Shown one piece after another: positions 1-8,889 of a stretch of DNA of 64,000 nt; position 1 is the stretch's first letter; every line of letters starts with the position of its first letter. The notes below the pieces were generated by a model, which did no database searches, was not told where the DNA came from, and saw only the letters and a list, made by a program, of their open reading frames with translations. This DNA comes from a virus. Lineage: Duplodnaviria; Caudoviricetes. The stretch lies in the IMG/VR virus record IMGVR_UViG_3300028805_000046, positions 96,001-160,000 of that record, one strand, 5' to 3'. The translations under genes and the position numbers were made by a program.

Positions 1-135
1 GCATATAAGTGGTACCTTGAACAGTGGAGAGATCGTTCAAGAATGATGGAAAGTATGCTTAATGACACTGAACGCCGCTTTGATATGGACGACTATCTTG
101 CGGAAGAAGGCTGGCGCGAACCTGATGAGGAGTAA
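1..135 (+). CDS. 3' end of a small acidic hypothetical protein (partial)
   Basis: Frame 1 is open from the window edge to TAA at 133-135 (…RSRMMESMLNDTERRFDMDDYLAEEGWREPDEE). It contains the GAGGAG SD of the next gene. Confidence 0.6.
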   Translation, partial: AYKWYLEQWRDRSRMMESMLNDTERRFDMDDYLAEEGWREPDEE

Positions 136-140
136 GACTA

Positions 141-365
141 ATGGGCATTGAACAAGCAATAGACTTTTGTGAGCATCTCGCTAAGACAAAGAAGTATGAA
201 GGCGATGGAACTGAATTTGTTCAGTTAGCAGAATTGCTTCGCTTTCTAGCAGATGACCAGGATAACATTGCTCGCAATGAATACATCGTTGACCACATGA
301 GCCGTGAAGATTACCTGGCTCTTAGTGAAGAATATGATGAACTTGAAGAAGATGAGGCCGACTAA
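141..365 (+). CDS. Small acidic hypothetical protein, paralog of 1323..1574
   Basis: SD upstream. Shares QAIxFCExLAK…EY/F I.D.MS…Y..L..EY with 1323..1574. Confidence 0.8.
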   Translation: MGIEQAIDFCEHLAKTKKYEGDGTEFVQLAELLRFLADDQDNIARNEYIVDHMSREDYLALSEEYDELEEDEAD

Positions 366-523
366 TGGCTAAGTATACGATTGACTATTCAGATAGCGTA
401 GAAGTTGATGCAGATTCTGAAGATGAAGCAATTTCAAAGGCATGGGACAGAATGTTCTGCGACGGCCCTAAAGATTATTGCTTTTCTTGCACTGATGTAG
501 AAGAAGAGGAAGAAGATGCCTAA
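365..523 (+). CDS. 52-aa acidic protein (MxKYxV…VxAxSExEA type, DpnD/PcfM-like)
   Basis: Not in the ORF track; translated by hand: MAKYTIDYSDSVEVDADSEDEAISKAWDRMF… TAATG coupling to the previous gene. Confidence 0.75.
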   Translation: MAKYTIDYSDSVEVDADSEDEAISKAWDRMFCDGPKDYCFSCTDVEEEEEDA

Positions 524-680
524 GTACGAAGTCTATGGCTACACAAAAACCAAATGGCGAACGGTAGTTGAAGCGGAAGATTCAGATGCAGCAGAAGAAA
601 TTGCCCGAGATAACTGGGAAAGCGCCACCTGGCTTGATGGCGACATTGAAGTCGTTGATGTTGAAGAACTAAAGGAGTAA
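516..680 (+). CDS. 54-aa acidic protein, same family as 365..523
   Basis: Translated by hand: MPKYEVYGYTKTKWRTVVEAEDSDAAEEIARDNW… GAGGA SD. Confidence 0.75.
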   Translation: MPKYEVYGYTKTKWRTVVEAEDSDAAEEIARDNWESATWLDGDIEVVDVEELKE

Positions 681-686
681 AAACTT

Positions 687-1172
687 ATGAACATTAAAGA
701 CAAGTTCACAATTAAAGACAACAAAAAGAAGAAGTATAAACCTCACTATATCATTCGTTACAGTATGGACGCTAACGATGGTGACTACATTAAAGATGAA
801 AGCACATGGGATAAAGATGAATGGGATAAAATGCCTGATTTCTTCTTCTTGATGCTTGCCTACCTTGCTAAAGGCTATTCTGGTAAGTTCTCGCATGGTG
901 AATCTTGGGGTAACTACTACGGTCATCATTGGGCTAGCAACAAGCACGGCCTTTATGATGAGATCTGCGCTTTCCAAGAATACTACGGCATCGTCTGTTC
1001 TAGCGAATGGGATACATGTCATTCATACTCTAACTTTGAAATCGAGTACTACGATGAAGAAAACAGAAAGCATGAAGTAGCTATTCCGAACATTGACAAT
1101 CTTTTTAAGACTGAAGAAGAAATGATAAACGCAATCAGAGACGCTTATCAGAAAGTATATGAGGAAGGATAA
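687..1172 (+). CDS. Hypothetical protein
   Basis: AAGGAG SD; part of a tightly packed operon. Confidence 0.8.
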   Translation: MNIKDKFTIKDNKKKKYKPHYIIRYSMDANDGDYIKDESTWDKDEWDKMPDFFFLMLAYLAKGYSGKFSHGESWGNYYGHHWASNKHGLYDEICAFQEYYGIVCSSEWDTCHSYSNFEIEYYDEENRKHEVAIPNIDNLFKTEEEMINAIRDAYQKVYEEG

Positions 1173-1321
1173 TGGCAGTATATAAAGTAAAACTTATTCA
1201 AGAAATGAAAATTCATTCTGACTCGGAAGATCATGCTTATGAGCTAGCGATGGAACGAGTTTATGAAGACGGTTTTGAACCAACTGATTCAGAAGTAACT
1301 AAAATAGAAGACAAGGATTAA
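1172..1321 (+). CDS. 49-aa acidic protein, same family as 365..523
   Basis: Translated by hand: MAVYKVKLIQEMKIHSDSEDHAYELAMERVYEDG… TAATG coupling. Confidence 0.7.
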   Translation: MAVYKVKLIQEMKIHSDSEDHAYELAMERVYEDGFEPTDSEVTKIEDKD

Positions 1322-1322
1322 G

Positions 1323-1574
1323 ATGACTGACGTAAACCAAGCTATTAAATTTTGCGAAAGACTCGCAAAAGATCCTGAGTTCAATAAGCAGTTCACAAAT
1401 GATGGCGAATTTAATATGCAAGACATCGTTAACATGCTTAATGACTATAACTATATGAAAGACGACTATGGCAAGTATGAATTCATTTGTGACAGAATGT
1501 CCAGTGATGAATACTATGAACTTGAAAGTGAGTATGAAGCAGAATGTGGCGAAGACGAAGATGAACAGGAGTAA
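1323..1574 (+). CDS. Small acidic hypothetical protein, paralog of 141..365
   Basis: Visible sequence similarity to 141..365; SD present. Confidence 0.8.
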   Translation: MTDVNQAIKFCERLAKDPEFNKQFTNDGEFNMQDIVNMLNDYNYMKDDYGKYEFICDRMSSDEYYELESEYEAECGEDEDEQE

Positions 1575-1576
1575 GA

Positions 1577-1858
1577 ATGTTTAAGATAATTTTCGTTCTT
1601 ATCATAAACGCCCATCATGGTGGCTTGGCGACATTAGATTTCACTACTCGTCAGCAATGTGAAGCAGCAAAAGAAAAGGTTGTTGTAATGAAAGGATCTG
1701 CTATTGGCGCTATTTGCATTGAAAAGCAGATTCCTTTGAAAAAGACAAAATGCAAAGTCATTAATGACTACAGCTATCAGAATTCATATAGTCGTGTAAA
1801 TGCTGGAAATATGAATGGCTACCCATATCCGGTAGCGCTTGAATGCATTGAGGAGTAG
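1577..1858 (+). CDS. Small hypothetical protein with hydrophobic N-terminus and Cys pairs
   Basis: AGGAG SD. MFKIIFVLIINA N-terminus; F…QQCEAAK…AICI motif. Confidence 0.7.
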   Translation: MFKIIFVLIINAHHGGLATLDFTTRQQCEAAKEKVVVMKGSAIGAICIEKQIPLKKTKCKVINDYSYQNSYSRVNAGNMNGYPYPVALECIEE

Positions 1859-1860
1859 AT

Positions 1861-2130
1861 ATGATTAAAGCAAGTGAACTTAGAGAAAAGTACTTCAATG
1901 AAGAAAATTTCAATGTTCTATTTGAGCAATTAAAAGCATTATGCGAAAATAGTATCATTTCTGCTGCAGAAAAAGGTGAAGAGAGCACAACAGTAAACAT
2001 ACCATTAATGTGTAAAAAGAGAATTGCTGAATGGTTGGAAGATAATGAATACACAGTTCTTGGTGTTAATGGCTCATTAGATGAAATTCAAATATTTTGG
2101 TCTAAAGACTTAGTTGAACAAATGATTTAA
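1861..2130 (+). CDS. Hypothetical protein
   Basis: GAGGAG SD; operon packing. Confidence 0.7.
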   Translation: MIKASELREKYFNEENFNVLFEQLKALCENSIISAAEKGEESTTVNIPLMCKKRIAEWLEDNEYTVLGVNGSLDEIQIFWSKDLVEQMI

Positions 2131-2142
2131 GGAGAAACAACT

Positions 2143-2733
2143 ATGGACGCAAAACTTAAAAAGATGATTGATGACTTCTTTAAGAAGCATGAAGGCAACG
2201 CCATCTGCCTAGAAATGTTTGGCAACATTGACTACGGTGACAGAGCAAGGCAATGCCATTGGGAAGAACGCATTGAAGAATTCTCCCATGCGATGTCACT
2301 TGAACAGACATACGGTGAAAAGGGACTTCCCAAGAAACTTATCTTCGCTAATCTTGGTGTTGATAACGATGACATTACAAGTGAAAATGTTTATGAAGTC
2401 GGCTACATCGCTGATGCTGTCGCTGACATTCTTCCATGGGATGTTCATGACTTTGATGGCGATGTAAATCAGTACTGGTTTGGCTTGGTCATTGTCACTT
2501 CCGACTATAAGGTACTTCGTGTCACCTCAGCCGGCGATGACTGTATCTACCGCTCTACTATCGGCGACTTGACCAAATTCGGTTCAGCAGATGAAGAACT
2601 TGAAAAGAGAAACATCAAGAGCATTCAATCATCTATCGGAAACATCAAGAGCAAGTTCAAAGAATTGACTACCGACGAAGGCAAGGCAAAAGTTAAAGAA
2701 CTTATCAAAAAGCTCTCAGAGGCTATAAAGTAA
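2143..2733 (+). CDS. Hypothetical protein
   Basis: AAGGAG SD; TAATG coupling to the helicase. Confidence 0.8.
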   Translation: MDAKLKKMIDDFFKKHEGNAICLEMFGNIDYGDRARQCHWEERIEEFSHAMSLEQTYGEKGLPKKLIFANLGVDNDDITSENVYEVGYIADAVADILPWDVHDFDGDVNQYWFGLVIVTSDYKVLRVTSAGDDCIYRSTIGDLTKFGSADEELEKRNIKSIQSSIGNIKSKFKELTTDEGKAKVKELIKKLSEAIK

Positions 2734-4493
2734 TGGCAGACAGAAACACACTTATTCAGCAGGCGACTGATTGGGCCAAGAAACACCTTGACCCAAACTT
2801 TGAATTTAGAAAGTATCAGATCGAGTCAATCGTGATGATAATTGAGCGTGTTCTTGACAATGTTAAGACTCAGGTCATGAATGCGCCTACTGGTTCTGGC
2901 AAGTCGCTTACTGCAATCATTTCAGCAGGCACGCTATGGGAGTACTACAAGAAAACGACTTACATTCTTGTATCTGACCTTAGTTTGTTTGAACAGTATG
3001 AAAATGACCTTAAGCGCTATAACTTGAACTGGGGTCACTTGAAAGGCAAGGACAACTACGTTTGCCAACGAAACGGCAATATTGTGTCCTGTGGTGAATG
3101 CGCTTTGAATATGGTCAGTACGAAGACTTTAGAAGATCCTGAAAAGGCTGAAAAGTCAGGATATTCTTGCGCTAAGGAATGTGAATATGTCAAGATGCGA
3201 AATCTTGCAATGAAGTCGCCTGTAACTGTGATGACGTACCAGCTTTACTTAATTCAACGCAACTACGTCAATGATATGATGGGCGGTGAAGGATCTACTC
3301 CATTTCCAGAGCGTGATTTTGTCATTTGTGACGAAGCGCATAAGCTAAATGACATTATTCAGTCTCACTACGCACCAAGAATTCCGTTTGCGGTGCCTGA
3401 GTACATGAAGACACTGAATGCTTATGCCAAAAAGCACCGTATGAAAGTGCCGGAATCAGACAGAGTCACAATGTATGCAAATAAGTTGAATAAAGCTGAG
3501 TCGCATACTGAAATTCTGTCTTACATGCAGAAATTCTCAAGCCTTCTTTCCGAATACATGGACATCAATGAAGCAGTCCGTGCTGAGGCTCAGAAAACCC
3601 GTCAGTTTAGAAAGCTTAGAAGTGAACTTGCTGCGGGCAACATGGCTCGTGAATGCAACTGCAAGTTTGGCGACTTTATCACGCTTGCACAAGAACTTGG
3701 CCCTCAGATCGCCGTAAAGACTCCAGGTGAAGACGAGATTGTCATCAACTGTACTTACGAAGGCGATATGATTCAGAAGTACTTCCATAATGTCAGCAAG
3801 TGTGAACTGTTCATGTCAGCGACTTTGGGCAACTTGAAGCTCTATAAGGAGTTCATTGGCCTTAAAGATGCTCCTGCTGGACAGTATAAAGGACTTGATG
3901 TTCCAAGCACGTTTGACTACAGTAAGTCGCCTATCTATTTCAGCGAAAAGAACCCGATGTCTTACAAAGAAAAGGCAAAGTCCATTGGTCCTATCTGTAG
4001 ACAAATTACTGAAATAGCCAAGATATTCGCAAATCAGCGTGGAATCATTCAGACAGGCAACTACGAGAATACATCTAAGCTGCTCGACTATGCTCCGCCT
4101 GAATTGAAGTCTCGTCTGATTAAGTACTCTAACGCTCGTGAAAAGATGTACGCTATCACGCAGTTCCAGAAGAGCACTAACGGCATTCTTGTTGGACCTA
4201 CTTTGCTTGAAGGCTTGAACTTTGACGGCGATAAGTGCAGATTCTCTATCTGCATGAAACTTCCTTATCCTAACTTGTCTAACAATCTTGTCGCTGCAAA
4301 GAAAGACCTTATTCCTAACTGGTACGCATCAGCATGTATTGCCTCACTTGAGCAAGGCTTTGGTAGAGGCGTTCGTTTTGATGGCGACTGGTGTGTGAAC
4401 TACATTCTTGACGGCTGCATCGCTAACTTGATTAGATTCAATGGCGACCTGTTCTCAAGAAACACTCAAAACCGTCTAAAAGCACTCGGATAG
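2733..4493 (+). CDS. DinG/XPD/YoaA-family SF2 helicase
   Basis: Q motif FRKYQ, Walker A APTGSGKS, GKDNYVC plus Cys cluster, DEAH, SAT, EGLNF, KLPYP, QGFGRGVR. Confidence 0.92.
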   Translation: MADRNTLIQQATDWAKKHLDPNFEFRKYQIESIVMIIERVLDNVKTQVMNAPTGSGKSLTAIISAGTLWEYYKKTTYILVSDLSLFEQYENDLKRYNLNWGHLKGKDNYVCQRNGNIVSCGECALNMVSTKTLEDPEKAEKSGYSCAKECEYVKMRNLAMKSPVTVMTYQLYLIQRNYVNDMMGGEGSTPFPERDFVICDEAHKLNDIIQSHYAPRIPFAVPEYMKTLNAYAKKHRMKVPESDRVTMYANKLNKAESHTEILSYMQKFSSLLSEYMDINEAVRAEAQKTRQFRKLRSELAAGNMARECNCKFGDFITLAQELGPQIAVKTPGEDEIVINCTYEGDMIQKYFHNVSKCELFMSATLGNLKLYKEFIGLKDAPAGQYKGLDVPSTFDYSKSPIYFSEKNPMSYKEKAKSIGPICRQITEIAKIFANQRGIIQTGNYENTSKLLDYAPPELKSRLIKYSNAREKMYAITQFQKSTNGILVGPTLLEGLNFDGDKCRFSICMKLPYPNLSNNLVAAKKDLIPNWYASACIASLEQGFGRGVRFDGDWCVNYILDGCIANLIRFNGDLFSRNTQNRLKALG

Positions 4494-4552
4494 TTCTTGC
4501 CATCTGCCTCTATTTCTATTCTTGAATAAATAGAATAATAGAGGCATGAAAA

Positions 4553-5413
4553 ATGGCAGAATTGAATTTTAAAGATCCGCAAGTTGAAGGAAATAAAGTC
4601 CAAAAGCAGCCAGACCCAAAACCTGGGAACTTCTGCGCTGCTAGAGACGGTTTTCTTAGAGCTACATCTATCCAGAATGTATCTCAACTCATAGATTATG
4701 TAAAAAGAAAATTGGGCGCCCCACGCATTTGCGTTGAAATTGATGATGAGACCATTCTTTACACTATTAAAGACATCGTTGATTGGTTCCATAAGTACTA
4801 TCTTCAATACGGCTCCTATAAAGATTATCTTGTAATGGACCTTGTGCCAGGAACTACTCACTACAAGCTCTGCCAGGAGCTTGTTTCAGTAGTTGACTTC
4901 AAGACATCAAACTGGTTCGGCAGCATTAACGAACTCTTTACGGTTCCGCATGCTTTGCTTTATGACCAAGTGATGAATATGAATACTTGGCACGGTAACT
5001 GCTATGGCAACACTGCTGCTTATGGCGATGTTCTTGGCAGCTGGACAGCGACCCTTACATGGTTGGCGGAAGCAGACCAGATGTTTGGCGAAAAGTACCA
5101 AGTCAGTTACAATCCGCTTGAACAAGAACTTGAAGTACTGCCTGTTCCACAAAGACATGTGAAAGGCATTATGCAAGTCTATAAGAAGCAAAGAACCGAA
5201 AAGCTCTTTAACGATCCACTCTTCCGTAAGATGCTAGTCGCTGAATGCGGTAAGATCTGGACTAACTCGTTAAGAAAGTATAACCTGCAGATTGCCGGTG
5301 GTGGTTCTCTTAACGCTGACTCACTTTACTCCAGCTATGAAAAGGATTATGACTGGTGTGTTGAGCGTGTTGATAACGAATCACCGAACGGACACGTATT
5401 TGCTATAGCTTAA
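4553..5413 (+). CDS. Neck protein, T4 gp13-like
   Basis: LIDYVKRKLGAPRICVEI and C-terminal W…LRKY…GGGSLNAD pattern of gp13; late promoter at 4525-4532. Confidence 0.85.
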   Translation: MAELNFKDPQVEGNKVQKQPDPKPGNFCAARDGFLRATSIQNVSQLIDYVKRKLGAPRICVEIDDETILYTIKDIVDWFHKYYLQYGSYKDYLVMDLVPGTTHYKLCQELVSVVDFKTSNWFGSINELFTVPHALLYDQVMNMNTWHGNCYGNTAAYGDVLGSWTATLTWLAEADQMFGEKYQVSYNPLEQELEVLPVPQRHVKGIMQVYKKQRTEKLFNDPLFRKMLVAECGKIWTNSLRKYNLQIAGGGSLNADSLYSSYEKDYDWCVERVDNESPNGHVFAIA

Positions 5414-5419
5414 TTAACT

Positions 5420-5533
5420 TATTTGTAAAGGGACAAAATAGCACCACTCCGCTATTGACCGGGCTGCCACCCGGTCTTACCTTTATAAATACTATAGTAT
5501 TTGGCAGATACTTTTACATTTTAGGAGTGGTTT
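5420..5533 (+). promoter_or_regulatory. Structured RNA leader (copy A): three-way junction, kissing loop, anti-SD loop and embedded late promoter TATAAATA (5484-5491)
   Basis: P1 5420-31/5480-91. P2 AATAGC/GCTATT with loop ACCACTCC. P3 GACCGGG/CCCGGTC with loop CTGCCA. P4 AGTAT/ATACT with loop TTGGCAG. SD region GGAGTGGT. Confidence 0.85.
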
Positions 5534-6553
5534 ATGGGTAAACGAGTAAAGTTTACAGTCTATGCTGACTCACAGTCAGATCTTGATAGAATAAGAAAAA
5601 CATACGCAAATGATACAAGAGTCTTGATGCACTGTCAAGGCTGCGGCATACCTGTCTCCAAAGTATTGAAAAAGATCATTGGACGAGACTTTAATGATCT
5701 ATATTGTAGGTCTTGCGGTATTAAAGTCGCTACGTTTAATAAGTATGGCGTGATAAATGTTTTTCAGTTGGAAAGCACAAAAGAAACAATGAAGAAAACG
5801 TGTTTAGAAAAATACGGAGTTGAATATGTTTCACAAGATAGCGCTTTTAGAAAGAAAGTGGAAAATATCATTAAAGAAAGATACGGCGTAAGTAATATAA
5901 CACAAGTTGAGATGTTTAAGCAAAAAGCAAAGAAAACACGCTATGAAAAATATGATGGAAAATATCGGTCTGATGAAACAACAAATAAAATAAAAGAAAC
6001 TTGCTTAAAACGTTATGGATATGAAGTTCCATGTACTTCTCCAGAAAATTTAGAAAAATCTAAAGAAAGCATGAAGGAAAAGTATGGTTCTGAATACTTT
6101 TTTCATACAGCTGCATATAAACAACGAATGACAGAACTTTATGGTGGTGAAAATCCTGACTATTGTCCTTCTATACTTTCAAAGATGAAAAGAAAGTATA
6201 CTTTTGAAAATCTGCATTTTGATAGTACATGGGAAATTGCTTACTATATTTGGTTAAAAGATAACTGTAAAAACTTTACCGTTCATCCTAAAGAATACTT
6301 TTCATATACTTTTGATTCTAAAAAGCACAGATATCATCCAGATTTTCTTGTAGATGGAAAGTATGTAGAAATAAAAGGACCACATCTACTCAATGAAATG
6401 ATGAAAGAAAATACAATAAGTAATGCAAAATATAAATGCATGATTGAAAATGATGTAAAAGTCATTTCTGACCTGTCGCCTTATTTTATATTCCTTAAAA
6501 ATAAATATAATATAAGACCGGCAGATCTTCATCAGTATAAGAACTGCCAGTAG
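5534..6553 (+). CDS. Free-standing putative homing endonuclease (Zn-ribbon, KYG repeats, C-terminal PD-(D/E)XK domain)
   Basis: CxxC…CxxC; repeated K.T…KYGV units; FDSTWE…YHPDF…VEIKG. More AT-rich than its neighbours. Confidence 0.8.
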   Translation: MGKRVKFTVYADSQSDLDRIRKTYANDTRVLMHCQGCGIPVSKVLKKIIGRDFNDLYCRSCGIKVATFNKYGVINVFQLESTKETMKKTCLEKYGVEYVSQDSAFRKKVENIIKERYGVSNITQVEMFKQKAKKTRYEKYDGKYRSDETTNKIKETCLKRYGYEVPCTSPENLEKSKESMKEKYGSEYFFHTAAYKQRMTELYGGENPDYCPSILSKMKRKYTFENLHFDSTWEIAYYIWLKDNCKNFTVHPKEYFSYTFDSKKHRYHPDFLVDGKYVEIKGPHLLNEMMKENTISNAKYKCMIENDVKVISDLSPYFIFLKNKYNIRPADLHQYKNCQ

Positions 6554-6562
6554 GAGATTAAA

Positions 6563-7072
6563 ATGGAATTAAATGAAGCAGTACAGAAACTTAAAGACGC
6601 TGGCGCGGATGTGCAAGATTTCAAGTACACGCTTAAAAACGGCGTCTTTAATTATGTTATCTTCCCTACTTTGGAAGATTTCTTGAAATGCTATGGTCTT
6701 GACCCAAATGGACCTTATGCTTATGACCCGCCTTCAGAAGGCTATACTGGTTGCGTTTATGATACTACTAAAGGCTACCATGGCGTAGTTAAAGCCGTTG
6801 AAAACAAAACCGCAGCAGGCTATTGGTTTAAATGCGACGATTTCATTAAACCAGATAAGTACAGTGTAGAGAAAACACGCTTTGGTGGTGCACAAATTCC
6901 GATGATTTCACGGAAAAATGGCACTTGGCTTTCATTCGAGACTTATTTGAAAAGACGAGATGCAATTCTAGCACAGCAGAAGGCTTACGATGATTATAGA
7001 GATAAAATTCAGAAATTCGTGCAGAGCATTCGTGCTGACTTTGCAGAAATAGCTGACGCCTTTAATAAATAA
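6563..7072 (+). CDS. Hypothetical late protein with MELNEA…L..AG N-terminal motif
   Basis: AGGAG SD; late promoter AATAAATA at 6500-6507. Confidence 0.8.
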   Translation: MELNEAVQKLKDAGADVQDFKYTLKNGVFNYVIFPTLEDFLKCYGLDPNGPYAYDPPSEGYTGCVYDTTKGYHGVVKAVENKTAAGYWFKCDDFIKPDKYSVEKTRFGGAQIPMISRKNGTWLSFETYLKRRDAILAQQKAYDDYRDKIQKFVQSIRADFAEIADAFNK

Positions 7073-7089
7073 TCTAGAGGAAAATAAAG

Positions 7090-7737
7090 ATGAACCCATC
7101 ATATCTTTTAAATGAAGACTGTCTGGCAGAGCAGAAAATTGATGAAAGCGCTGCTGACAAGTTTATGTATATTTCTGGACCATTTATGGGCGCTGAAAAG
7201 CGTAACCGTAATGGACGTATCTACAAGAGAGACATTATTGCCCGTGAAGTAAACAAGTTGCAGAAAGCTATCGCTAGCCATGAAGCAGTTGGTGAACTTG
7301 AACACCCAGATACACAGAAGATTTCTTCTGACCGTGCTGCAATCTTGATTACCGACCTTCACATGGACGGTGACTTCGCTATGGGTCGCGCTCGTGTTTT
7401 GCCTACTCCTTGTGGTAAGATCCTTGAAGGACTTATCCGTGGTGGCGTTCACATGGGCGTATCTTCAAGAGGTACTGGTTCTCTTGGAAATGACAACATC
7501 GTTTGCGAAGACTTTAACCTTATCACCATTGATGCAGTGTTCATGCCATCTTGCCCAGACGCATACGTTGAGGCAGTGAATGAATCTTCTAAATGGGTGC
7601 TTGATGAATCTACTAACCTTTACATTGAGAAGAAGGTTTCTATTGATGAAGCTCGTCAGGCATTTAAGAAGAAGTTGGACACTTACGGCTCTAAGGCTGT
7701 AGTCGCTGCATTCAAGGAATATCTTAAGGCAATTTAG
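7090..7737 (+). CDS. Prohead core protease, T4 gp21-like
   Basis: NRNGRIY, GELEHP, GVSSRGTGSL, D.V..PS.PDAY motifs. Confidence 0.95.
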   Translation: MNPSYLLNEDCLAEQKIDESAADKFMYISGPFMGAEKRNRNGRIYKRDIIAREVNKLQKAIASHEAVGELEHPDTQKISSDRAAILITDLHMDGDFAMGRARVLPTPCGKILEGLIRGGVHMGVSSRGTGSLGNDNIVCEDFNLITIDAVFMPSCPDAYVEAVNESSKWVLDESTNLYIEKKVSIDEARQAFKKKLDTYGSKAVVAAFKEYLKAI

Positions 7738-7748
7738 GGGCTGCTAAT

Positions 7749-8111
7749 ATGGAATTATGCGAAGCATTCAATCGTCTGAATAAAGGCGGAGCGAAGTTCT
7801 TCAAAAGACGTGATAACTTCAAACGTCCTATTAACGATAGAAACCCCGCAGCAGAAGCAGAACTAAAGAACGAAATTCTTGACTTCTTGTCAGATAGACA
7901 AGTAAACATTGGTAAGATCAGAGTATTCGGCAATGGATACTCTTACCATCTCAAGAAAGGCGCTGCTGATATTGACATTTTCTGGAACTCCAAGAGCGGA
8001 GCATTTCAGGTGTTCGTAAATGGCACTGTCTACAAGTTTGGTAAAGCAAGTACGCTTTCTGATTTTGCGGAAGAAACGACTGATTATTTGAAAGACGAAA
8101 ATTTGGTTTAA
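7749..8111 (+). CDS. Hypothetical protein with MELCEA…L.KGG N-terminal motif
   Basis: Follows the protease gene; N-terminus similar to 6563. Confidence 0.75.
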   Translation: MELCEAFNRLNKGGAKFFKRRDNFKRPINDRNPAAEAELKNEILDFLSDRQVNIGKIRVFGNGYSYHLKKGAADIDIFWNSKSGAFQVFVNGTVYKFGKASTLSDFAEETTDYLKDENLV

Positions 8112-8144
8112 TAAATACTATACATTTGTAAAGGAGATAGTGAT

Positions 8145-8555
8145 ATGAATAAAGAAGATGAACTCTTTTTGGCTAAAAAGACTGCTGAAGAAGCAGGTTA
8201 CACAGTTATCATGCCCAACGAACGCAGAGGCGGCGCTCAGGCACCACAGGCTCCGGCTGCTCCGGCAGCACCTCGTCGTGCTCCGTCCATTGCCGACCAG
8301 CTTGAACAGCTCGCTCAGGCAGCTCGTACTGCAGAAGCAGCTGGTTACCGCATTCGTAAAGCACCACGTCAAGTTCCGCAAGGAGCTGCACCTGCTGCAC
8401 CAGCTCCCGCAGCTGCTCCCGCAACACCAGCGCCAGCCGCACCTGCTAAGCCGGCTACACCGCAGGACATTGAACAGAAGCCAGCGAAGAACTCAAATCC
8501 ATACCTTCAGGCCGCTGCTCGTTTCGCCCAGAAGTTGAACGACAACGACAGATAA
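8145..8555 (+). CDS. Ala/Pro-rich late protein with an internal duplication
   Basis: AAGGAG SD and late promoter. AKKTAEEAGYTV / AARTAEAAGYRI repeats separated by PAAP linkers. Confidence 0.8.
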   Translation: MNKEDELFLAKKTAEEAGYTVIMPNERRGGAQAPQAPAAPAAPRRAPSIADQLEQLAQAARTAEAAGYRIRKAPRQVPQGAAPAAPAPAAAPATPAPAAPAKPATPQDIEQKPAKNSNPYLQAAARFAQKLNDNDR

Positions 8556-8577
8556 TCTGAAAACGATTTGAAGAAAC

Positions 8578-8606
8578 AAGACCGAGAGTAAAATCTCGGT
8601 CTTTTT
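8578..8606 (+). terminator. Intrinsic terminator
   Basis: AAGACCGAGA/TCTCGGTCTT stem followed by a T run. Confidence 0.85.
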
Positions 8607-8640
8607 GTTTGACTGTACTTAAGTAAATTTTTGTGCACCT

Positions 8641-8685
8641 TTGACATTTTCATAAACTTTGTTATTTTTAGTACTGTTATAAATA
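8641..8685 (+). promoter_or_regulatory. Tandem sigma70-like (TTGACA-N16-TATTTT) and late (TATAAATA, 8678-8685) promoters for nrdD
   Basis: Motif matches; the same -35/-10 style recurs at 12729, 17581 and 60251. Confidence 0.6.
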
Positions 8686-8889
8686 CTACAACCTTTGAGG
8701 GAAAAATTTAAATTTGAAGTGAAATTATTAGAAAAGAGGCAAACTGAAATGGAACGTTATTTTGAGTTAGATTGCTGACATTTTTATCTGGACGGTAGTA
8801 GGTTATGTAGAACCCTGCCGTTTTTATTTTCTTTTTATTGATGTAGCTTAACTCGGTAGCCGAAATAACAGTTTAGAATAGAGGAAAAA

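Noticed and set aside
5420-5533. The repeated RNA motif being a hammerhead, HDV-like or twister ribozyme
   Set aside because: No CUGANGA/GAAA core, and the topology does not match these classes by eye. Pairing to the SD points to translational control. Catalysis is not excluded without an assay.
8736-8760. c-di-GMP-I riboswitch-like GGCAAAC…GAAA…GGAACG in the nrdD leader
   Set aside because: The P2 stem and the downstream GCAAAGC/P3 elements are missing; likely coincidental.
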